NCBI RefSeq assembly: GCF_000284455.1
Contig: NC_017039.1
Coordinates: 3,000,001 to 3,032,000, forward strand
Direction of reading: 5' to 3'
Source of the DNA: Synechocystis sp. PCC 6803 substr. PCC-P
GTDB taxonomy: Bacteria > Cyanobacteriota > Cyanobacteriia > Cyanobacteriales > Microcystaceae
Length of the DNA stretch: 32,000 bases
The position numbers were made by a program, and so were the translations under genes. Below are positions 18,129-26,328 of the stretch, piece by piece (positions within the stretch are counted from its first letter, which is position 1; each line of letters starts with the position of its first letter). Below the pieces are notes generated by a model, which had not been told where the DNA came from, ran no database searches, and saw only the letters and a list, made by a program, of their open reading frames with translations.

Positions 18129-19649
18129 ATGGTTAAAAATCAAGGGGCTTGGCTATCTCGGGGACTGTGGAGCGTACTGATTTGGGGCGCTATGGCAACG
18201 GTCTGCCGAGCAGAAACTATTCCCTTTACCCTGCTCCAGCTTAACGATGTGTATGAAATTGCCCCCATTGATAACGGCCGTTGGGGCGGTTTGGCCCGGG
18301 TGGCTAATTTACGCCAACAGCTAGAACAAGCTGATCCCCACACCTACACCGTGTTAGCAGGGGATTTCCTCAGTCCTTCTGCCTTGGGCACAGCCCTTTA
18401 CAATGGCGATCGCCTGGCGGGGAAACAAATGGTGGCGGTGTTGAATGCCATGGGGTTAGACTATGCAGCGGTGGGAAACCATGAATTCGATGTTAATGCC
18501 CAACAATTTCAGCAACGGATTACGGAGTCAGATTTTCAGTGGTTATCGGCCAATATTGCTGATGGTACCGGCAATCAGTTTGAGGGCATCAAACCCTACG
18601 AAATTTTAACTATTCCTGGAACGGAAGGGGGAGAATTAAAAGTGGGCATTTTGGCCCTGACCATTGACAGCAATGCGGTGGACTATGTCACCTACAGCGA
18701 TCCCATCGCCACGGCCCGCCGCTACATAGACAATCCCCAAGGGGAAGTGGATGTTTGGGTGGCCCTGACCCACCTGTCCCTGGCCCAGGATTTGGCCTTG
18801 GCCCAAGCTATTCCCGAATTAGATCTGATTTTGGGGGGCCATGAACACGAAAATATCCAGCGCAACCATTTAATTATCAAGCCCGACAGTTCTGCAAGTT
18901 GTCCCCAGGCCAAAACGCCAATTTTTAAGGCCGATGCCAATGCCCGCACGGTTTACATTCACCAATTAACCTACGACACGAACCGGCAATGTTTACAAAT
19001 TAATTCCCAACTGCAACCCATCACTGCGGCGATCGCCAGTGATCCGGCCACCGAAAAAGTGGTTCAGCAATGGCAGGAAATTGGCTTTAATGCGTTTCGT
19101 CAACAGGGATTTGAACCAATGGCCGTTGTGGTCAACTCTCCCATCGCCTTAGATGCCCTCGATGCCCATGTACGCAGTGGCTCCACCAATCTCACCCGGT
19201 TAATTACCAGGGCCATGGAGCAGGAAAACCCCGATGTGGCCATGGTGATGTTTAACGGTGGCATGGTGCGCCTTGATGATCTCCTCAGTGCCGGAGCCAT
19301 CACTCAATACGATATTATTCGCCTCCTACCTTTTGGGGGTCGGGTAGTGACAGTGGAGATACAAGGGGATTTGTTACAAAAAGTTCTGGCCCAGGGAGAA
19401 AAAAATAGTGGTACCGGTGGTTATCTCCAGCTAGGGGGCATGGCTCCCAACAGTATTGAGCCAAGCAAAACTTACCGGGTGGCGTTAATGGAATATTTGT
19501 TAAGCGGTCAGGAGGTGGGCTTGGATTACCTGACGACAAATACCCCTGGGTTGAAGGTGATTAACTATGGCCGGGATATTCGCTCGATTTTGGTGGATTA
19601 TCTACAAAACAATGCCCAGCAAGCTTTTACCGATTTGGGGGAGTTGTGA
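18129..19649 (+). CDS. Secreted bifunctional metallophosphatase/5'-nucleotidase-family protein (UshA-like)
   Basis: 506 aa with a signal-peptide-like N-terminus ('LWSVLIWGAMATVCRAE'). The metallophosphatase motifs 'AGDFLSPS', 'GNHEFD', 'LTHLS' and 'GGHEHE' are present, and a 5'-nucleotidase C-terminal domain follows. Confidence 0.85.
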   Translation: MVKNQGAWLSRGLWSVLIWGAMATVCRAETIPFTLLQLNDVYEIAPIDNGRWGGLARVANLRQQLEQADPHTYTVLAGDFLSPSALGTALYNGDRLAGKQMVAVLNAMGLDYAAVGNHEFDVNAQQFQQRITESDFQWLSANIADGTGNQFEGIKPYEILTIPGTEGGELKVGILALTIDSNAVDYVTYSDPIATARRYIDNPQGEVDVWVALTHLSLAQDLALAQAIPELDLILGGHEHENIQRNHLIIKPDSSASCPQAKTPIFKADANARTVYIHQLTYDTNRQCLQINSQLQPITAAIASDPATEKVVQQWQEIGFNAFRQQGFEPMAVVVNSPIALDALDAHVRSGSTNLTRLITRAMEQENPDVAMVMFNGGMVRLDDLLSAGAITQYDIIRLLPFGGRVVTVEIQGDLLQKVLAQGEKNSGTGGYLQLGGMAPNSIEPSKTYRVALMEYLLSGQEVGLDYLTTNTPGLKVINYGRDIRSILVDYLQNNAQQAFTDLGEL

Positions 19650-19720
19650 ACAAATAAACTTTTGGTTACGCAGATTCCATCCCAATTGAAATAACTATGT
19701 TGAAACAACTATCAAAGTAG

Positions 19721-20236
19721 TTAGTCCGGGTACCAAAACATGCCCTTAATGCCTTCTGGGTCGAGCACAAAGCCCAAACGCCGGTAAAAATCCACCACCT
19801 GGGGATCGGCGAACAGGGTGATATTGCTAATGTCGTAATGGCGTAATTTACGGATGATGTATTGCATCAGGGCCTTACCCAAGCCCTTGCTCTGAAGACT
19901 AGGATGGATCACCACGTCCCACACGGTGGCATTGAAAGCATGGTCGGAAGTAGCCCTGGCAAACCCCACCAATCGACGCCGATTGCCCTGCATTTCCCAC
20001 ATGGTAACCACCAAAAAACTACACTCTACGGCCTTTTTGACTTTGCGAATTGGCCGCCGGGCCCAGCCCACCGCATCACATAATTCCTCCAGCTCGTAAA
20101 GGTCAATGTCCCGCTCAGTGGTGAAAAATATCCGGGCTTTATCGCCGTTATCGGTGGGAAATTCTTCTGCCCCCGTTGGGCCCAGGGATGGTGAACTAGT
20201 TGAATCGGGATTAAAAAAGCGTTTCCAAAAAACCAT
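19721..20236 (-). CDS. GNAT-family N-acetyltransferase
   Basis: 171 aa. It has the acetyl-CoA binding loop '[14 protein letters not shown]' (Q/RxxGxG/A) and the GNAT beta-bulge region 'GFARATSD'. Confidence 0.85.
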
Positions 20237-20359
20237 GCCGTTGGGCGTTCAAGAACAAGCTGGGGTGGACAAACGGAAAAACGGTGGGGGCAATGAAAAT
20301 GGTGATAATTACCTTCAAACCTTAAGTATAAGCTTTGATCGCTTCCCCCTGGTGAATCT

Positions 20360-22099
20360 CTAAAAGCCCAAATCCTCCCTGGCGATCGCCGCTTCGGCCA
20401 ATACTTCAGCATCGGTCTTGTTTGGCCAATCTTGGCAACCAATTTCACTGTAAAACTGCTGGTCGTAGGGCCGGGTCCGCACCACCACCGGCATGGGTAC
20501 TGCATGGCCTAACACTAAAGCCTGTTGTTTGGAATCTAGTTTGGCCAGCACAGAGCGTAAATTTTGCCCCCCCGCCACCCCGGTAAAAATGGCTTCAATG
20601 TCCTTTTCGTCGTTGAGTAGACAGGTAATACGGGTGCCAATTTGGGACATAACTTCATTGTCAATGCCCGATGGCCGCTGGTCCACCACCAACAAAGTAA
20701 CAAAGTATTTCCGCATTTCCCTGGCAATGGTGCCAAAAATAGTCTGGTGGACAATGGCAGAATCCAAAAAGCGGTGGGCTTCTTCAATGGTAATTACCAA
20801 TTGCCTGGGGCGATCGCCAACGTGTTTAGTTTGGAGAAATTTTTCTGCTTTTTTAACGTAAATGCTATGGATACGCCTGGTGATCATATTGGTGGCCAGC
20901 ATATAGGAAAGCAAATTAGACTGGGAGCCAAATTCAATTACCACATGTTTGCCTGCTTCTAAACATTGCAACAGTTGGTCGATGTAATTATGGGTGCTGA
21001 CTTGTTTGAGATATTTTAAATTTTCTAGTCGTTTTAACTTGCGTTGCAAAGACATGATGGAGCCGGGGTGCCCTTGTTTTTCTTCACAAAAAACCTTAAT
21101 TTCTTCATTGCTCATCACCAGTAAACGGGAAATCCAACTAGAGCCAAACTCAGAAAATAAAATATTGGCATTGTCCAACGCCGCCTCTGACAAACCTAAC
21201 TCAAAACCAACTAAACGAATATCTTCAATTTCAATTTGATCAAAACTTAAATAGAGTTCCTGGGCTCCCCTCACTCCCCGTCGCTTGGTGGACTCCGCAT
21301 CGAGGGTAAAAATTTCCACTTCCCCCGGAAACAATTGCCGCAGACCCTTAACAGTGGAAACGGTTTTGCCTTCCCTCATCGCCTCCCAACCATACTCCGA
21401 GTGCATGTCAAACATCAAATTGACCGCCGCCTGTTTGTGGATAATGCCAGAAATTAATAATCTGGTTAAAAAAGATTTCCCTGTACCCGATTTGCCAAAA
21501 ACTCCATTGCTCCGTTCCACAAAACGGTCTAAATCTAAACACACTGGCACCGCCATATCCAACGGTTCCCCAATGGCAAAATTGCGTCGAAACGGATCAT
21601 CTTCCCAACCAAATACCAAACGAAAATCCCTTTCACTGGCTTCAAAAACCTGGCTGAAATGGGCCGGAATAGTTTTCACCGGCAGTAATTCCACGTCTGC
21701 ATTACTATTAGCTTGATAGGAAGCCAAACCATTGCCATTACTCTGGCGATCGCCTTGACCGTTCATCTGTTCAACTGAACTTTCCCCATAACTCGAGTCC
21801 TTTTCTGACTCCGTTAACATTAACATGGGTGCTAATTCTAACGTGCCGTAGGTGCCACTGCCGGCCAATACATCAATTAAAAAATCATCGTTAATGTTAG
21901 GGGGATTAGCCAAAATCCTTGGATTTGCCGTTCCTAAAGAAACATCGGTGAGCAAACAAAAAAAGCGCGATCGCCTACCCTGAATAACTAAAAATTTCCC
22001 CACCCGCATTTCTTCCACGGAAACATCCGCATGGAGACGCACTTCCAAGCCTTTACTGAGGGAACCTTGGGTAACGGAGCCGAGGGCATGGTCTGACAT
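20360..22099 (-). CDS. HerA/FtsK-like (DUF87) P-loop ATPase
   Basis: 579 aa with an N-terminal HAS-barrel-like segment. It has Walker A 'GVFGKSGTGKSFLTRLL', Walker B 'LVITIEEAHRFL' and a 'VVDQRPS' arginine-finger block typical of HerA/VirB4/FtsK-clade ATPases. Confidence 0.8.
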   Translation of the reverse strand: MSDHALGSVTQGSLSKGLEVRLHADVSVEEMRVGKFLVIQGRRSRFFCLLTDVSLGTANPRILANPPNINDDFLIDVLAGSGTYGTLELAPMLMLTESEKDSSYGESSVEQMNGQGDRQSNGNGLASYQANSNADVELLPVKTIPAHFSQVFEASERDFRLVFGWEDDPFRRNFAIGEPLDMAVPVCLDLDRFVERSNGVFGKSGTGKSFLTRLLISGIIHKQAAVNLMFDMHSEYGWEAMREGKTVSTVKGLRQLFPGEVEIFTLDAESTKRRGVRGAQELYLSFDQIEIEDIRLVGFELGLSEAALDNANILFSEFGSSWISRLLVMSNEEIKVFCEEKQGHPGSIMSLQRKLKRLENLKYLKQVSTHNYIDQLLQCLEAGKHVVIEFGSQSNLLSYMLATNMITRRIHSIYVKKAEKFLQTKHVGDRPRQLVITIEEAHRFLDSAIVHQTIFGTIAREMRKYFVTLLVVDQRPSGIDNEVMSQIGTRITCLLNDEKDIEAIFTGVAGGQNLRSVLAKLDSKQQALVLGHAVPMPVVVRTRPYDQQFYSEIGCQDWPNKTDAEVLAEAAIAREDLGF

Positions 22100-22335
22100 A
22101 AATTCTGGGGCGGGTCAAAAATGGGGACAACGGTGGCGATCGGTTAATATTCAAACCTTGTGGTTAGTACTATTTTGTCATCCTACCACCTTAACCTCAT
22201 CTATCTTGCGTAAGTCCTGACGAACTGATTATTGATTTACAGAGCTTTCGTCTCTTCATTGCTATGTAAATTTTTGCTAATCTTGAGATGCCATTGCTTC
22301 TATCATAGTCATTTTTCATAAACTAGACCTGAGAA

Positions 22336-23574
22336 TTATTCATTCGGCTCTTGAGTTGCACCACATTCTTTACAATGGGGCAAATGTTGATAAGTAAGGG
22401 CATGACAGCTCACGCATTCAACATATTGATAATAACCACAGTGGGGACAATAGGAATCCTGGGGACGAATTCGCTTTGCACACTTTACACAACTGGATTT
22501 TTGAAATCGTTTAGCTGCTTGACTTTTAGAATTAAAAACAACCCTTTGGAAAAATTTGATAACTCCAAATCCCACTAAAGGAATAAGTAGAATATATAGG
22601 TAACTAATAGCAAAAATTAATCCACCAAAGACAGCTTGAACAAAATTTAAAATGAGGTCAAAAATAAGACCAAATTGTAGAAATTCAAAGACCTTTAAAA
22701 TTAGCGGTATAAGAAAAATAACTAGCAGGTGCCAACTAATCAAAGCTACTAATCCATAGCCTTTTTTCACTGCAACGCTATGAACCCAAAGAGCAGTTAA
22801 AATTAGGGGGGTTAAAAAGAGAGCCTGGAAAAAAAAACGAATAGTGGGATACCAAAATACTGCATTGATATAACTCTGATTTAATTCCTCCCAGATATCT
22901 TTTTGATTAATAAATTTAAGGAAATTAATGCTTTCTGGCTTTGCCAAAATTTGCTGTTCTAAGCTAGCAATTTCTTGTTCAAGGCTAGCGATTTTAGCAA
23001 TATTTTGATTTAATTGTTGCTTGGCTTTTTCTGGGGGAGTTTGATTAATTGAATTTTCTTTGCCTTGACCAGCAATTTTTTCTAATAGTGTCGAGTCATA
23101 TTGGGAACGAATGGTATTATTAGATTCTTCAAGCTCATTAATTTGAGCTACGGTCTGGTTAATTTTGATAATAAAATTTTGATTGTCAGTGGTTTGAATT
23201 TTATCGTGATATTGGGCGTAGGTTAAACAAACTTGGCTAACTTGACCAAGATGGCCTCTTTCTGATTCTCTGAAACTCTTCTCTAAACTGTATTGATCAA
23301 TAGGGTCAGTGGCAATAGCTTCGCGAATAATTTGAAGGTTTTTGTCAGAAATGGTTTGGCTTTGATAATTTTGCCAAGAAGCATGGCAAGGATAAGCTAA
23401 ATTAGGGGCAAGATACCATTGGCCAATATCTTCTATTCCATTAAAAACATTGATAAGGATAAAAATATCAATAAGAATGATTACGATTAAGCTAACCTTG
23501 TTGAGAGGTTCATTCTTAACTGTTCTGGATTTATTCCAGAATTGATCAAATAGCCGACGAATGGAATTAAACAT
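22336..23574 (-). CDS. Orphan membrane protein with coiled-coil ectodomain and C-terminal double zinc ribbon
   Basis: 412 aa with an ATG start. It has an N-terminal TM helix, a Q/N/E-rich coiled coil with the repeat 'IASLEQEIASLEQQI' and about 4 C-terminal TM helices. The tail is 'CVKCAKRI..CPHCGYY..CVSCHAL..CKECG'. Sampled lines give about 30% GC, well below its neighbours. Confidence 0.7.
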   Translation of the reverse strand: MFNSIRRLFDQFWNKSRTVKNEPLNKVSLIVIILIDIFILINVFNGIEDIGQWYLAPNLAYPCHASWQNYQSQTISDKNLQIIREAIATDPIDQYSLEKSFRESERGHLGQVSQVCLTYAQYHDKIQTTDNQNFIIKINQTVAQINELEESNNTIRSQYDSTLLEKIAGQGKENSINQTPPEKAKQQLNQNIAKIASLEQEIASLEQQILAKPESINFLKFINQKDIWEELNQSYINAVFWYPTIRFFFQALFLTPLILTALWVHSVAVKKGYGLVALISWHLLVIFLIPLILKVFEFLQFGLIFDLILNFVQAVFGGLIFAISYLYILLIPLVGFGVIKFFQRVVFNSKSQAAKRFQKSSCVKCAKRIRPQDSYCPHCGYYQYVECVSCHALTYQHLPHCKECGATQEPNE

Positions 23575-24063
23575 GGGGGTAATTAATTGTTACGTTAAGT
23601 TTTTAAATTAAACGTGGGAAGCCATGACCCAGTATCATGAATAAAAATCAGAATTGCCCCAGGGTTATTGCTAGGCAAAGTAAGGATAGGGATCTTCGCT
23701 TTTGCCCGGTTTCAATTGCCAAAACTAATTAGTTTATTAATTGTGCCATCTAATTTGTTATCCCCTACCATTCTGGCAAATAGCTTAACAATTTTTTTCA
23801 AATACTTGCTTTTTTTTAACTAGCTCCGAGAATTACTCCGGCGATCGCCATAATCTCATTAGCTAGAAAACTAGGAGTGCCTAACAACAGACTTACCCGG
23901 ATGGAGTTACAGTTTTGTTAAGATTAGTTACAGGTTAATCCGGCAGGGAAAAGTTAATATTCTTGACGACATTGCAAGAACGGTCGAGTTAATGCCACAT
24001 AACAAATTAAATGTAGTAGACAAAGAACAGAGTTAGGATACAAACCTTGAAATACCATCTACC

Positions 24064-25485
24064 ATGGAGCACAAGCCAAACGAGTTTGTGAAACGAGCCA
24101 TGAAAATCGATATCATTATTGTCTACATTCAGCGATATCGAAAGGGACATGAGGTTCATTTTGTCCCGCCGCTGACTGGTATCCATCTTGCTGCCCTGAC
24201 CCCGGCAAAACATACTGTTCGAGTTATTCACCAACAGGTTGAAACCGTAAATCTAGACAGCGAAGCTGATGTAATTGTCCTCTCCTTCTTCAGTGGTTTT
24301 GCCCCGGAAGCATATCGCTTAGCAACGGAATATCGAAAACGGGGCAAGATAACAATCGCGGGTGGTCCTCATGTAACTTTTGCCCCAGAGGAAGCTCTGA
24401 GATTTGTGGATAGTATTGTCATCGGCGAAGGGGAGTCGGTCTGGGAGCAAATTTTCCAAGATATCGAACAGAACACTCTTCAGCAGCGATATATTGGTGA
24501 AGCAATTCCCCTCACAAATATCCCCACTCCCCGGTACGACCTGTTACCTCCGCAGTACTTCATTCGACGGGTTGTTCAAGCCACTAGAGGATGTCCATTT
24601 ACCTGCTCATTCTGCACTGTACCCGTTCTCAATCCCGGCTTTCGTACTCGCCCTGTCGAGGCGGTGCTGAACGACATCCGATACAACAAATTCAAATGGT
24701 GGTGGCAACGAAAAACTGTCTGGTTTTGGGATGATAATTTGACGGCAAATAGACCCTATATCAAAGAACTTCTGCGCCAGATGATACCCCTGCGAAAGTG
24801 GTGGTTGACCCAAGCAAGTATGGATATTACCAAGGATGACGAGCTGTTAGATTTAATGCGAGACTCTGGTTGCATCGGAATTTTTTTCGGGATTGAGTCA
24901 TTTGGCCAGGAATCCTTGGAGGATGCGGGAAAACGCCAAAACAAAGTCGCAGAATATCAAGGCAAAATCAAAAAATTGCATGACCGTGGCATTGGCGTGA
25001 TGGCTGGTTTTATTTCCGGTTTGGATGGAGATACCCCAGAAAGCATCCGGGATATGGCCAACCAACTGGAGGAAATTGGTGTTGATGTGCCATTTTTGAG
25101 CATTCTTACTCCTTTTAAAGGCACGCGTTCATACTCAAAGATGATGGATACGGATCGGTTGCGTTCGGATTTGGGGTGGGAGTTTTACAATGGCTATAAT
25201 GTCACATTCGTGCCCAGTAAAATGACCCCTGCAGAGCTTTTAAAAGCCCACCGAGATTTGTGGAGATCAGCCTTTAGCCTGCAAGCAATCTTTCGTCGGA
25301 TTGGTAGATCCTTATTTACTTTGCGCGGGGGGGCAATGATGATGTGTAGCATCATGAATCTCTTCTACGGGCTAAAAGCTCTCACAAATAATGAACCGAT
25401 TAGCTTTGAAGGAACGGATGAATATAAATCAATTCGGGAAACTATCGATTTGATTCCATACAGTCGCCAGAATTCACTAAGTTGA
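24064..25485 (+). CDS. B12-binding-domain radical SAM protein (class B)
   Basis: 473 aa. The N-terminal B12-binding Rossmann-like region is '[36 protein letters not shown]', and the radical SAM cluster is '[10 protein letters not shown]'. An alternative start exists at ATG 24100 ('MKIDIIIV'). Confidence 0.85.
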
Positions 25486-25646
25486 TGAGCGCCAACATCT
25501 TTGCTGGTTACTAATGGAAAGCAAAGTCCACCCCGCTAAAACTTAGTTTTTTGTGGGGTCATTGGTCATGGCGATCGCCAAAAACTCTACTATGGGTCAA
25601 CCCTTAACTGTTTTGATTAGCGACAAACCGATCAACCAGTTCAACA

Positions 25647-25949
25647 TCAATAAATTGTCTTGATCAGCTCAGGGGCCAGCAGAATCCCTCCCAAAATAGA
25701 AGATGTTAATTGTCCTTGACCTCCTCCTTGAGTGTCAATTTTTGTTCGTTTTATCTATTTTTTTAGGGCACTTTTCGTCAAACCTATTTCCCTTGCTATT
25801 TGGCTTATAGGCTTTCCTGAATCTTCGACAATTTTTACTGTCTCCGATTTCTGTTCATCTGTAAATGTTCGTCTTCGTTTTTGGCTCATTTGGACATTCT
25901 CCTTGATTTTCGACTCTTTGGATTTGTCCACTTTTTTCAGTCAAGTTCA
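25647..25949 (-). mobile_element. IS3-family insertion-sequence remnant (left inverted repeat plus decayed orfA HTH segment)
   Basis: The minus strand reads 'MSQKRRRTFTDEQKSETVKIVEDSGKPISQIAREIGLTKSALKK*' over 25889-25755. This is the classic IS3/IS911 OrfA helix-turn-helix N-terminus. A TAG sits where the family has Trp, and family-like sequence ('IKRTKIDTQGGGQGQLTSS') continues after it. A TGAACTTGACTGAAAAAAGTGGACA terminus (ending at 25949) resembles IS3-family IRL. No orfB is present. Confidence 0.65.
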
Positions 25950-26153
25950 GTCCTCGTTAAGGGTAGGGAAATGAATTTGTGAAGAAAGAATTCCTTGACT
26001 AGGGCTAAAAATAGGTGGCGTTTGATAGACCGTTAATTGCGATAAAACTTGAATAACAGGTTGAATTGCACTCATTGTGATATTCCTCGTCTTTGGCAGA
26101 ACTGTAGAGTTATCGGCCCATGGGGGAAAAGTTATTCAATGTACCTCAACAAA

Positions 26154-26271
26154 ATTAATTTACTGGGCTGAAATCCTTACCCTATCAAAGCTTTGGACAT
26201 TAATATTTCACTATTAATTTACTGGGCTGAAATCCTTACCCTATCAAAGCTTTGGACATTAATATTTCACT
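26154..26271. repeat. Perfect 59-bp tandem duplication (2 units)
   Basis: ATTAATTTACTGGGCTGAAATCCTTACCCTATCAAAGCTTTGGACATTAATATTTCACT occurs at 26154-26212 and is repeated exactly at 26213-26271. Each unit contains the 10-bp palindrome CAAAGCTTTG. Confidence 0.95.
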
Positions 26272-26328
26272 TATCTAGGGCTCATTCAATGGGAGAGAAA
26301 AAATATTTTACTGATTTTGCATAACTTT

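Noticed and set aside
17922-18180. 73-aa (minus) and 74-aa (plus) ORFs in the AT-rich gap upstream of the 5'-nucleotidase gene.
   Set aside because: They mutually overlap in an AT-rich, low-complexity promoter-like region. The plus-strand one runs into the 5'-nucleotidase start in another frame. Neither has motifs.
20026-20505. 159-aa minus-strand ORF spanning the HerA-like/GNAT junction.
   Set aside because: It overlaps the 3' end of the HerA-like gene and the 5' half of the GNAT gene in alternative frames. It is Trp/Pro/Arg-rich with no motif, so it is a shadow ORF.
25539-25570. Possible terminator hairpin (CCCCGCTAAAAC...GTTTTTTGTGGGG) after the radical SAM gene.
   Set aside because: The stem is interrupted by several mismatches and I could not fold it convincingly by eye, so I did not list it as a feature.
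25732-25974. 80-aa plus-strand ORF in the ORF track.
   Set aside because: It is Phe/Leu/Ser-rich translation of the antisense strand of the IS3 orfA remnant and its inverted repeat, so it is a shadow ORF.
26154-26271. I considered whether the 59-bp direct repeats are a minimal CRISPR array.
   Set aside because: The two units are directly adjacent with no spacer. They are longer than typical CRISPR repeats, and no cas genes or leader are nearby.
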